NCBI RefSeq assembly: GCF_009914755.1
Contig: NC_060936.1
Strand: one strand, 5' to 3'
Length of the DNA: 64,000 nt
DNA from: the human T2T-CHM13v2.0 reference genome, Homo sapiens
Position 1 is the first letter of the stretch. Each line of letters opens with the position of its first letter. A model generated the notes under the pieces. That model worked only from the letters and a program-made list of their open reading frames with translations. It ran no database searches and was not told the DNA's origin. The translations under genes and the position numbers were made by a program. Positions 1-14,418 of the stretch are shown piece by piece.

Positions 1-866
1 AACTTGTCATTTACATTAAGTATATCTCCTAAGGCTATCCCTCCCCCCTCCCCCCACTCCACAACAGGACCCAGTGTGTGACGTTCCCCTTCCGGTGTCC
101 AGGTGCTCTCATTGTTCAATTCCCACCTATGAGTGAGAACATGCAGTGTTTGGTTTTTTGTCCTTGCGATAGTTTGCTGAGAATGATGGTTTCCAGCTTC
201 ATCCACGTCCCTACAAAGGACATGAACTCATCATTTTTTATGGCTGCATAGTATTCCATGGTGTGTATGTGCCACATTTTCTTAATCCAGTCTATCGTTG
301 TTGGACATTTGGGTTGGTTCCAAGTCTTTGCTATTCTGAGTAGTGCTGCAATAAACATACGTGTGCATGTGTCTTTATAGCAGCATGATTTATAATCCTT
401 TGGGTATATACCCAGTAATGGTATGGCTGGGTCAAATGGTATTTCTAGTTCTAGATCCCTGAGGAATTGCCACACTGTCTTCCACAATGGTTGAACTAGT
501 TTACAGTCCCACCAACAGTGTAAAAGTGTTCCTATTTCTCCACATCCTCTCCAGCACCTGTCACCTGTTTCCTGACTTTTTAATGATCGCCATTCTAACT
601 GGTGTGAGATGATATCTCATTGTGGTTTTGATTTGCATTTCTCTGATGGCCAGTGATGATGAGCATTTTTTCATGTGTCTGTTGGCTGCATAAATGTCTG
701 CTTTTGAGAAGTGTCTGTTCATATCCTTTGCCCACTTTTTGATGGGGTTGTTTTTTTCTTGTAAATTTGTTTGAGTTCTTTGTAGATTCTGGATATTAGC
801 CCTTTGTCAGATGAGTAGATTGCAAAAATTTTCTTCCATTCTGTAGGTTGCCTGTTCACTCTGATG
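1..866 (-). mobile_element. L1PA-type LINE-1, 5'-truncated (ORF2 C-terminus and 3'UTR), runs off the window edge
   Basis: ORF 116..487(-) WKTVWQFLRDLELEIPFDPAIPLLGIYPKDYKSCCYKDTCTRMF is the L1 ORF2p C-terminus; G-rich L1 3'UTR on minus strand near 40-60. Confidence 0.95.
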
Positions 867-1189
867 GGCTGCAGTTATTTAAAAGCCTGAAAGAAACTGG
901 AGGATCCATTCCCAAAGGGGCTCATTTACGTGGCTGGAAGGTTGGTACTGGCTGTTGGCATGAAGCTCTAGTTCCTGTCCAAAGGGCTGTTTTGAGTATC
1001 CTCACAGCATAGCAGCTGGCTTTCCCCAGAGTGAGCAATCCAAGAACATGACAAGAAGTGTAATACTTTTATGACCTAGCCTCAGAAGTCACCTCACATC
1101 CACATTCTCCCTCAAATTCTTTCCAAGTTCCAAGGCTGAATGCTTCCAAAGTAAATATCACGTGTGCTTTACTGACCATTATATCCCAT

Positions 1190-1622
1190 CCACTGGCAGA
1201 CAAATGGGTAAGCAAAATGTGGCATACACCTACCATGGGGTATTATTCAGCCTTAAAAGGGAAGGAAATTCTAACACATGCTACAACATGGATGAATCTC
1301 GACAACATACTAAGTGAAATAAGCCCATTACAAAAAGACAAATACTGTATGATTCCACTTATATGAGACACCTAGAGTTGTCTAATCCATAGAGACAGAA
1401 TGAAAAATGGTGGTTCCCATTTTTCAGAACTGGAGAGGAGGAAGAATTGTTTAATAAATATGGAGTTTTAGTTTGGTATGGTGAAAAAATTCTGGAGATG
1501 AATGGTGGTGAGGGATGTACAACCATGTGACTGTCCTCAATGCCACTGATACTTAAAAATGGTTAAGATGGTACATTTTATGTTATGTATATTTTAATGT
1601 AATTTAAAATTAAAAATAAAAG
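1190..1622 (+). mobile_element. Old L1M (L1MB-like) 3' end fragment
   Basis: catgctacaacatggatgaatctc, gacaaatactgtatgattccacttatatgag, ttaaaaatggttaagatggtacatttta then A-rich end. Confidence 0.75.
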
Positions 1623-2392
1623 GTTTTTTGAACCATCATTCCTCCTTTTAACATATGCCTCCAACTATTCACAACTTTAGAAAAGTGAATTTAAACTAAT
1701 ATATAAAGTTCTATAATTTTTTTACTCATTAACCCAAATTAATATTGTTAGAATTTCAAGTAGTATAAGATAAATAAGAATTCCTAGAGCTGCTTAAATC
1801 ACTCACCAGCAATTCCTCTTTCTACAAGTAAAGCTAGTATTGTTTTTCCTTCAAAATGGATATATCTGTTAACACTTACTATATGCCTAATATTAAGTAA
1901 CTATTACATAGTAAACAATTTCATTATTTCATTTAATCCTTCGAATATCATTGTGAGTCAGGCTTTCCTATTACCCTATTTTTCAAGTACAACCAAAAGT
2001 TATGAATTATTAAGTAACTTGCCCAAGGTATTATTCTTCCCATTTTTACATTTGTGAAATCAAATCTTAAAGATGTTAAAAATTTCATAAGTCTTTTTGT
2101 GAACTAAAAGTCATAATATCAAATCAAACCCACACAGTTCCAAGGTCCAAACTCTTTTCATTTGCACCTGTAGTCCCTACATGGCACCATCCTATTTCTG
2201 TGTCACTGTGCAAATTTAGGTTCCTGGTTTTATCTTAAAATATCTTGCTAAATAAATTTATTAAATATGATCATCTGAAACAGTTCCCATCCTTCAAGTA
2301 GAATTGAGGCCAATTAAACCTAGTCAGCTGGACTTTTACAGTGAGAGTTCATCAGTTCCAGCCACCATGGGAATTAAACACAGACCCTAAAA

Positions 2393-2545
2393 CAGTGATT
2401 CTCAAAACATAGCAGACCAGGAAAAAACACTGCCTGGAAATCTGTGAAAGCCCCAGAATCAGAAACTGAGAATGGAGCTCTGAAATCTGTTTTAACAAGA
2501 ACTTTTGATGATTATATGCATGCTAAAGTTTCAGAACATCTTGTC
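2393..2545. mobile_element. MER5A-like hAT MITE
   Basis: cagtgattctcaaa ... gaatcagaaact ... atgcatgctaaagtttcagaac. Confidence 0.55.
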
Positions 2546-3036
2546 TAAAGACCAGCAGGACCAAGTTTTCAGGTTCCCTACCTTGGGTAGGGAAATATAA
2601 TTTGTTTTGGATTACAGAGTATCTCTTCACTTTCCCAAGCACAGTAAATATATTCTTCTAGTCTCTAAAAACTTAATTTTAATTGAGATGACTTCCAAAA
2701 TATGAAATCAAGATTTACCTTCAATAAAACTTATTAAACACGAACCAACTGCTTCAACTTTATACATTTGTGAATAGGCTAATATAAATGCCTAGGTTAT
2801 CAGTAAGGCTAATTTTTAAATTCAGTGTAATTTAAAAGGTTTTATCATCTTCTAGTAAGTAACAGAATAAATAAGAATTCCTAGAGTTGCTTAAATTGCT
2901 TATCAGCAATTCCTCTCCCTAAAGGTAAATCATATATTCTTTCCAATCTCTCTAGCCAAGTCTGTTCAATTCATTTTCACAATTTTAAATTTAGCTAAGC
3001 TTATCCAAGAAAATGGATGATGATTTATTAAATTAC

Positions 3037-3946
3037 CTGTATATATAACTTTTCCTTCTTGGCATTCAGAAAGAGGCCTTTTCCCACGTTTGTGTGCTTT
3101 TTCCCGAAATCTTACTGTTACCACCACATTCGGATTACCAGCACTGCAATTCATTTCAGAAAAAGATTTGGTTTCCACAAGGTTTCCAAACTTTTTGTTG
3201 ACAAAATGGTGGACAGCTTTTCTGTGGTCTTTGTTTGTATCAGGTTTAAAGGTAAATTTGGAATTTTCTTTCTTTGCATCCAAATATTTAAAAAAGTCAA
3301 ATGCTTCCTCTTCAGATACCAAATGACAAAGTTCTTTATATTCAAGATTTGGTTTTACAACAATTTCACTGTTTTTTCCTACAGTTACTAAAAATGGAAA
3401 TTTCTGCCTAATGGCACTGTGTAAACTAGCCCTCTGGTTTTTGTCAAGGATTCTGCCTATTGAGAATTCAGGAGGTAGTCCAATTAGCTCTGTTTTAGAA
3501 AGCCACTTCTCTCTTACATCACAGGCAAAATTATTCAGTAACTCATGAGTTTTTTCATCCAAAAAGGAGCTTAAAACATCAGCTTTTTCTTCACATTTGG
3601 AAGTTCCATCAACGATAGTATCTTCCTTTTCTGAACCAGACTGATGATTTTGGTCACCATCAGTGTACTTAATCAAAGTATGAACTTCTTGGTTTCTTCC
3701 ATCTTCTAAGGACAGATTTTGAAGATCTAGTTTTGGTTTTTTGGGAAAATTATTTGGCTCAAGTTGTATTTCACTAATCTTGAAAATAGGCTCATCGATG
3801 GTCTTATTAACTAACTGTCCCTGTTCATCAATTTCAATAACAATAAAGTCACTTGGTGAGCTTTTTATAGTGCCATGAAATCCAACGTGATCATTAAAGA
3901 AACACAAAGAACTAAACCTGATTCTATAATCTGTATCTTCTTCCAT
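3037..3946 (-). CDS. PUS7L: PUS7L pseudouridine synthase 7-like (TruD family), first coding exon (exon 2, c.1-910); the gene continues beyond the left edge
   Basis: ATG at 3946 gives MEEDTDYRIRFSSLCFFNDHVGFHGTIKSSPSDFIVIEID (TruD GxIK..P.DF.V.E motif); acceptor ttttctag| gives exon start 3962; donor ACAG|gtaatt at 3037. Confidence 0.95.
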
Positions 3947-5847
3947 TCTTCTATAACAGTGCCTAGAAAACAAAACAAAGAGGTGGTTAGTTAACAGAAA
4001 GAGAAGTTATGGATGACCAAATAGGAATAGGTTTGCAGGATTTAGTTAATTCTGTCTCTCTTTTAATTCTGAGTCTTCTTAAATGGTATCATTAACTTAA
4101 TTTATAACTATATGTACTTCCTGTGTACTTTGACTCTCCTATACCAAGCTGAATTAATAGGCAAACTATTTCTGGTATAGCTAAAGATTTGTTAACTTGT
4201 ATCTTCACTCACTCCAGATTTGTACCTATTATCCAGGATTAAAATGAGTCAATTTTATCTTAAAAATATCATTTGTAGGCTCACAAGAAGAGGTGAGAAC
4301 ACAGGACTATAAAACAAAGATTTGTCCAAATTCCATTCCTGGAGCCTAAAATTTCCAGCTAATTCCAGAGAACATGTGGCTAAGTTTTCTTATATTATTA
4401 GTGGTTAGTGACAGGAGAGGTGACAAAAAGACAATAGGAAAACTGATGGGTAAATGAAGTTCTAAATACAAATTTGTGATTTGATTATATTTCAAGGTAG
4501 GATTAAGTCAGTCCTGGGCCTTCTCTAATGCCCCCATTAGGACAAATAGAAGCTTTCAAGGTTGAGCCAGAGGAAAGTTCTAACTATATCATTGGCATCA
4601 GACAGAAGAAACCCTTACAGAGCTTCCTGGAAACACTATGCAAGAGAATAGTACTCTGATCTCTCACTTTTCACACAAACCCATGGCTACCATACCATAT
4701 GGAGCTGCAGGAAAGATAAATTGCCCAGGGGCCCCATACTAGTGAGTTCTGTGTTTCCCCCACATTCTCCAAGTAACTTATCATCATCTGGACCATCATC
4801 TCATACCTATAATGTATTCTACTAATCTGAACCAATTTAGCAAATCACACCTTCTCAATCCTTTCCATCATGCCATATAGAAATCACTACAAATTCTCCA
4901 TATCCTAATTTCCTAAGGAATATATAAGATATACTTACTTTCCTTAATTACTTAATTTCCTGTACAGTTCCCTCACTTTCTTGCCCTAATTGAAATCTGG
5001 CTATTTCTTCAGGCTGCTTCTTCTTCAGTCCTCTCAAGTAAAGGCTATTTTTTCTTTCCCACCCATCTACCTTAGGACCTGGAGGCTGTAAATATTGGTC
5101 TATGTTTGTCACTGTTCGTTGCAAGCCATTTCTTCCTCTACTACCTCCAAAAACCCCAATTCTTTTGAAGAGCCTGCCATTGGGCTTTACCATCTGCTGT
5201 CATCCTCTCTCGGATCCCCAGACAACTCTGCTTCATTCACTGATCTCTGGCTCACTACCTTCTTATCCAACATGATTTTTATGATCATCTATATGGATCA
5301 TCCATTCAATGTCTTGGACCCTCAAGTCCTCAATCTCAACCTCAACCTCACACCTCTACTTCATCTTGGTCATCCACTGTCACGGTCATAACTTTGACTT
5401 TCTCATCTCCAAAAACTGCATTAACCTTAAGCATCTGATTCTTATGACTCCCAATGTCCTTTATCACACCAACTTTAATACTTCCATTCCAAAAACTTTT
5501 AGATATTGTGAAGGTCCCTAACTCCTGCTTCTATAACTAGCCCACAAACCAGCCAGAATGGTCTTAAAAGGTAAATTAAATCATATCACAATCCAGTTTA
5601 AAACCCTCTAGTCACATTTGCAATAAAATCCAAATTACTCACCCTGGCTTCCAAGGACATCTAAGATTAGGGACCCTGCTTATTCTCCAAACTCATTTGT
5701 ACCTTTACCCCATTACCCACTATACTCCAGCTACTCTGGCCTTCTTCAATAGTTTTGTGCTAACTGTTCCTGTTGTTTAAATTGTTCCCTCCCCAATCAT
5801 ATAGCTGCATCTTTTAGGATTCATTTCCTCAGAGAAGTTTTTCCTGA

Positions 5848-6170
<323 letters not shown>

Positions 6171-7357
6171 AAGTGATTCTCTTTCACAAAACCCTATTTA
6201 ATTTTCTGCATAGCAGTTCTAGGTAAAGTTTTTCTTTATTATTTATTGTATATCTCCTCCAAAGAGAATGTTAGTTCCACGTGAGGAGTAACCTTGTCTG
6301 CCTTATTTACTACTGATGATCACACATTTTGAACAGTGTCAAGCACATGGTAGGTCTGCAATAAATACTATTGTTAAATAAATGAAATAACTAGTACAAA
6401 ATAAGAGCTGTAGGAATGAAGTGGAAGATAATTAGAAGAGGCATAATGCAAGAAGTGGCCATCTAAGTCCTCCATAGTTCAAGAGATAGAAATGAGGCAG
6501 AGACCTCACAAGTAATGTACAAACAAAACATGCAATGTGTGCAAGAAAAACAAGCAGTCCAGATACAGAGCAGTGGGGATGGGAATGCAGGGAGACTACA
6601 GTGCTGGAAAATGTAGCTGAGTTAGTACCAGATTATGGAAGATGTTGAATGCCCTGACAAGGACTTAGAATCTATTGGGTGGTCAATGGATGGCTACTGT
6701 TAGTGTTTGAGTAGAAAAGTGACACAATTCCAAAACATGCTTTTGGAATTGTAAGATGATTCTGATGGAAATGAGCAAGATGTATCCGATGGAGTAACAG
6801 TTAGAGGAGTTCAAAAACAAAACAGCATGGTCAAGAACATAGCTGTAGGGATTGGCCCTGAAAGAATAATGATCTTTTCTTTCTCCCAGAAAAAAGGAGG
6901 AAGACAGACATTCTAAGCAAGTGAAACAGGTAGGGAAACTTGGGGAGAATGTAATTCCAGCATCCTGGTAGAAGAGTGGAACTGACCTGGAGGACAGCAA
7001 AGGAGCCCACGTGGCGTTAAGCCTGAAGGTGCAGTATTCCCATTCAACAGAGACTGCTGCTGACAGTGGGCGGGGGAGTAGTTTGCTTGGCCCGTGGTTG
7101 AGGAATTCGTTGGCGGAGGAGGGATCCTGAGAAGGTACTAGAAATACTGAACCCAGTCCTGCAGAAGCTACTTAACTTCACAGAAAACTAGGGCGTCGTT
7201 GCCCTCCAGCACGTCCAAAGGTGTCCCCGACAAGGCCAGCAGCTCTACCTGTTTCTTCTCCCTCCTCTTACTCTGCCTGTCCAAAGGCACGACACTAGTC
7301 CACGTCACCTTTCTTTGGGCGCGCAAAGGGTATGGATCCTCAATGCCAACCTCGTCA

Positions 7358-7388
7358 CCCCCCCCCCCCCCCACACACACACACACAT
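7358..7388. repeat. C15 homopolymer plus (CA)n microsatellite
   Basis: Read directly from the sequence. Confidence 0.9.
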
Positions 7389-7427
7389 ACAAGCCCACCA
7401 TCGCGCAAGAAACTCGACCCCGTCTAC

Positions 7428-7490
7428 CTCGGTTCAGTGGAAGGCATTCATTTGCACAACGCTGTGCGCATGCCCGGAAGCCTTAAGTGT
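7428..7490 (-). other. PUS7L: PUS7L probable exon 1 (5'UTR); start site approximate
   Basis: Donor CCGAG|gtagac on minus strand inside the CpG island next to NRF1/ETS motifs; a second possible donor AAAG|gtgacg lies at 7309. Confidence 0.6.
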
Positions 7491-7649
7491 TTCAGCCTCC
7501 GACAGGGGCGTAATTAAAGGGGCAGGCGCCCACGTAAAGACGCGCCCTACGCAATACGTGGAGTTTCTCACTTTGTGGAGCCGCCTGGAGGCGCCAAGAT
7601 GAAGCCCATCGGGGAAGTGGGGCGGGGCCAACCCGGCAGGCCCCGCCCC

Positions 7650-7714
7650 TTCGCGGCGCTTCCTAGTTCGGCTGGTTCTTCTGTCGCCGGCTTCAGCAGC
7701 CCGCGCCCGGGCAG
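7650..7714 (+). other. IRAK4: IRAK4 exon 1 (5'UTR); start site approximate
   Basis: Strong donor GGCAG|gtaagg at 7714 downstream of GC boxes. Confidence 0.85.
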
Positions 7715-8004
7715 GTAAGGCATTCCCCGCCTTAATGCCTCGGTCAAACGTCGTCCGAGGTCCGCTTCCAGGCCTCGGCACCTCTGCCCCAGGGTTGCTG
7801 GGGTCGGCTGCGGAACGGAAATCTCTTTATCATCCGTGAGAAAAGTTAGAGAGGAAGTGGGTTCCTTTGACAGAGCTTACTCCAGAAGAAAGACTTGGGT
7901 AGGTCCCCGGTAATCAAGAAGTTCGTCGGCCCTGAGGAAGAGCCTGAGGCTTGGAGGGACGTCACCCAGCTGTTCTGGGGCGCAGTCGGACCTCAAGTTT
8001 CTCA

Positions 8005-8891
<887 letters not shown>

Positions 8892-11745
8892 TTATGCCAA
8901 AAACCTTGGTGCTGTCTTCTCACTCTCCACATCAGCCCATAGCTTTCTATTGGCTCCACCTCAGAATCCTAGGACTTCTGCACTTGCTCTGCTACGACCC
9001 TGGTCCCAGCCTGCAGCACGTCCCACCTGGCTTATTGGTAGGCTCTCCTAAATGCTTCTTTCTTGCTTCTCTGTCCTTACTCCAACATCCTTTATTCCCA
9101 GCAGCCCCAGTATCCTTCTAAGACATGAGTACAGAGCATGTCTCTTTTCTCAAAACTTCCAGCATCTACATCTCACCCAGAGGATAAACAAAGTCAATAC
9201 AAAAACTCTAAGGCCCTTGAAGACCTGGCCCCTTTACCTTTCTGACCTCATCTGCTACTTGCCTGTTCCCTCCTCTGCAGTCTCACCATGTCCTTGCTGT
9301 TGCCCAGTGGGCCCAGTTCCAACCTTTGCATTTACATTTCGTTTTGTCCACAAACTTTTCCCACAGATAGTCCAGTGGCTGGCTTTCTCCTTCTTTTTGA
9401 CCTTTAATCAAATGGCACCTTCTTATTGAGGCTTCCTGTGACTACCATATTTATAATTACAACCTTTTCTCTATTTCGTTTTGTTCTTTCATTTCACTTG
9501 GCACCATCTAACATACTATAGAGTTTATTTATTTGCTTATTGCCTTCCTTCCTCCATTAGAATATAAACTCCATGAATTCAGGTTTTGGTTTTGTTTTTT
9601 TTTTTCTCTCTAATTTTCCTAATGCTTCATCTCCAGGGGCCTGGAGCAGTATCTAGCACAAAGTAGACACTCAGTAAATATTTGGTGAGTCAATGGTATT
9701 ATATTTTGTTTTTTAAATATATGCAAAGCATTTTCAATTACTTACTGTTGTGTTGGATCAATGTTCAAGAAAGATATGTTAAGTTTAATTTATGGTACAC
9801 CAGCACATATCCCAGTTTGTAATAGGCAGCCCTATCTAATTTAATAGCTCTGGAAGCCCTCACCAGCTTTTGTTCATAATGATGATGTTAAAGTATCTAA
9901 AAATAAAGATTAATGGTTATACAGCATATTTTGCTAAGAATATATGGAAGTAAATAGTGTATTTTAGAAAGGATATAAATACATTAAAATTACCATGGTT
10001 GATCAAATAAGACAGCCACCATCTCAAAAGCTTAGCTATTTTCTCAGACTTGTTATTTGTACGCTTTCAGTAGATCCTCACTACTGTTCTGGAAATTGAA
10101 CCTAAATACAGTCTGCACATATCTTTAAAAATAATGTGATATAAGAATAATTTCTGCCAGGAAATAATAATTGCTCCTTTTTTTTTTTGACCACCTATTA
10201 TTATGTGACAAGATTTGGCCCTTTGCATGTGTTGATTTTAATTCTTACAGCAATTCTTAGGTATTACTATCTCTGTTTTTCAGATAAAGAAAAGCAAGGT
10301 GCAGAGAAATGTATTTACTAGCTCTGGTCACAGTTGGCTTTGGTTAGAACTTAGGCCTGTGCAACCTCAAAGTTCATCTTCCCTCCACCCCTGCACAATC
10401 TTTTCCTCTGATCAAAGTGCTAATGAAGCAGTCTTAAAACTTTATTAACACATTTGACAAGAATCTTTTGCCCTCCTGTTTTGGGCACAGTACTTTGGGA
10501 AGGCATTGGATTCCATAAGCAGGTGCTTATTTTAATATATTTCTCAATCACCACCCCACCTTTTACACTTGTCTGAGTTGTCTTACTTGAAAATATGAAT
10601 GGGTTTTCTTTACTATGAGAGTTAGTGGTATGAGGAAACAGTCATGAAGGTATTTACTTATTTGTAAGCAACATATCCTGTTCCACCTGTGTTAATCCTA
10701 AGTGTACTAAAGTAAATCTTGAAGAATTTGAAAGAGATGACACTTTTTAAGTTTTTTTTGCCCAGTCTGTTTTCATTATTGAAAATTCAGAAAAGCAAAA
10801 TGAAAACAAAACTATCATAAAAGTCATCACCAAGGGATAACCACGTTAATATTTTGGCTTATGTTCTTGTAAGTATGTGGTTGGGAGTGGTATATGAATA
10901 TACATTTAAAGTAAAATTTTAATTTCTGGGATTTTGAACTTCTGGGCACATGTGTGGAGGAGTTGCAGAAGGCCTTCTTTTTCCTAGTATCCCTACACTT
11001 ATCACCTCTGCTGGAAGCCTGGGTGCAGGAGAGCTACCAAATTTATCCCTGGCCTTTAGATAGTCTGGGTTTTTTCCTCAATTCCTTGTATTTTGCTCTA
11101 ATTTATAAGACTACTAAGCAGTTCTATCTTGTCTAGCTTTGTCAATCATGTTGTACCTTACAGTAGAGAGAAATCTTAGTAAGGAAAAATAACTTGAAGA
11201 GAGCAACTGCAGAGTCTATAGGCAACCTAGATACAATTTCTTAATTAAAGTTAAAAAGTCATCAGCCTTTCATTCAACACAAATGTTGTGAGTCGTTGCT
11301 GAGGTGAATTTGGTTGGGTCCTAGCTCAGGAGAGCACCCATCTAACAGAGAAAGCAAACACATAAACAGTAAAACATAATAATTATTATAACAGAAGAAT
11401 GACTAGGTGACATTTTGGAGCAAAAGAGATGACAATCAGGGGAAGCTAACAGTGCCTTTTGAATTGGGCTTGAAGGAATAATAGGCATTTACCAGGTGGC
11501 CTTTAAGGTATGTGGGCTATTCTTTTACCTGGCCCTAGATGACTTCATTTCCTGTTTCACAGAAAAAATAACAGTATGTGGGAACTCTTCTCCCTTCAAA
11601 TATATCTGTATTTAAACCTCTGCTTCCTTCTTTCTAGATTCAAAAGAGGTTTCTCTCTATTCAAGGCTGATTTCTTCACCCTATATGCTATTCATTATCC
11701 CATTTGTATTGCCAAACAGCTTAAGTCTTAAACCCTTAACACCAA

Positions 11746-12370
11746 CAGTTCTCAAAAGTCTGGTTGGAGTCCCTAATGCTCTTTCAGGAGATTTGTAAGG
11801 TCAAAATCATGTTTAGTTAAAAGATTCATTCAGAGTGCAATGGATTTTAATGTTCCAAGTTAATTTATACAGCTTCAGATTCCTCATTGCAGCTTACCTT
11901 TAGGAAGTTATTTCTTGTCAAATTTTAGTGTAGTATCAAAGAGAAATATCTACTACTTTGTGAAAAGGCTATTAAAATACACCTTTCTTTATAACTATAT
12001 GTCTGTGTGAAGCTGGATTTTCTTCATATACATCAACCAAAACAACATGCTGCAGTGGGTTGAGTGCAGAAGCAGATACAAGAATTCAGCTCTCTTCTAT
12101 TAAGTTAAATATTGAAGAGATTAGCAAAACTTTAAAACAATGTTGTTCTTCTGTTTTTGAGGAAAAGGTAATTATTTTATTAAAATATATATGCTAACAT
12201 CTATATTTATGATTATTTTAAATGAATTAATAAGTAATTTTTAAGTTTCTCAGCATCAATTTATTATGGTAAATATTGGTAGATATAACCAACATAAACA
12301 AAAGCCCTTTGGGGTCTACAATAGTTTTTAAGAGGGTAAAAGGTCCTGAGACCAAATTTGAAAACTGCTA
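11746..12370 (+). mobile_element. hAT-Charlie DNA transposon relic (Charlie1-like)
   Basis: Ends cagttctcaaa ... tttgaaaactg; internal tgtgaagctggattttcttcatata...gcagaagcagata resembles the Charlie transposase 3' end. Confidence 0.65.
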
Positions 12371-12792
12371 CTCTCTTGCATGCTCTCCTCCCTCTCTTTC
12401 CCTACCCCTCCACCCCCATTTTCCCTCCCCTCATACTCCTCTCTCTCTCTTTCTCCTTCCCTTCATAACCAGACTTCTTGGAAAATCTGTTTTTGCCATT
12501 CACTCACTTTTTCACTATAGCTGTTCCCAAGTCACCAATGGCCTTCTGATTTCAGAGTCTAACATATCCATCAGTGTCTATTTGACCTCTCTGAGTCTTT
12601 TATACCAACCTGCCACCTTTTCTAGAAGTCTCTGGTATGCTACCATCCTGGTTTTTTTCTTGCCTTCATGACTAAGCAGTATTTTTTAAAATTCTTCTTT
12701 CACATCATTCCTTTCCATTCTAAGCATTCCTAATAGGCAACCTCATTTTATTGTTGCTTCAACTGTATATGTGTATATGCTCTTAATTTGTA

Positions 12793-14418
<1,626 letters not shown>

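Noticed and set aside
116-487. 123-aa ORF as a gene
   Set aside because: C-terminal piece of L1 ORF2 in a 5'-truncated element
2966-3973. 335-aa ORF as a complete protein
   Set aside because: It is PUS7L exon 2 read through both splice sites; true coding bounds are 3037-3946
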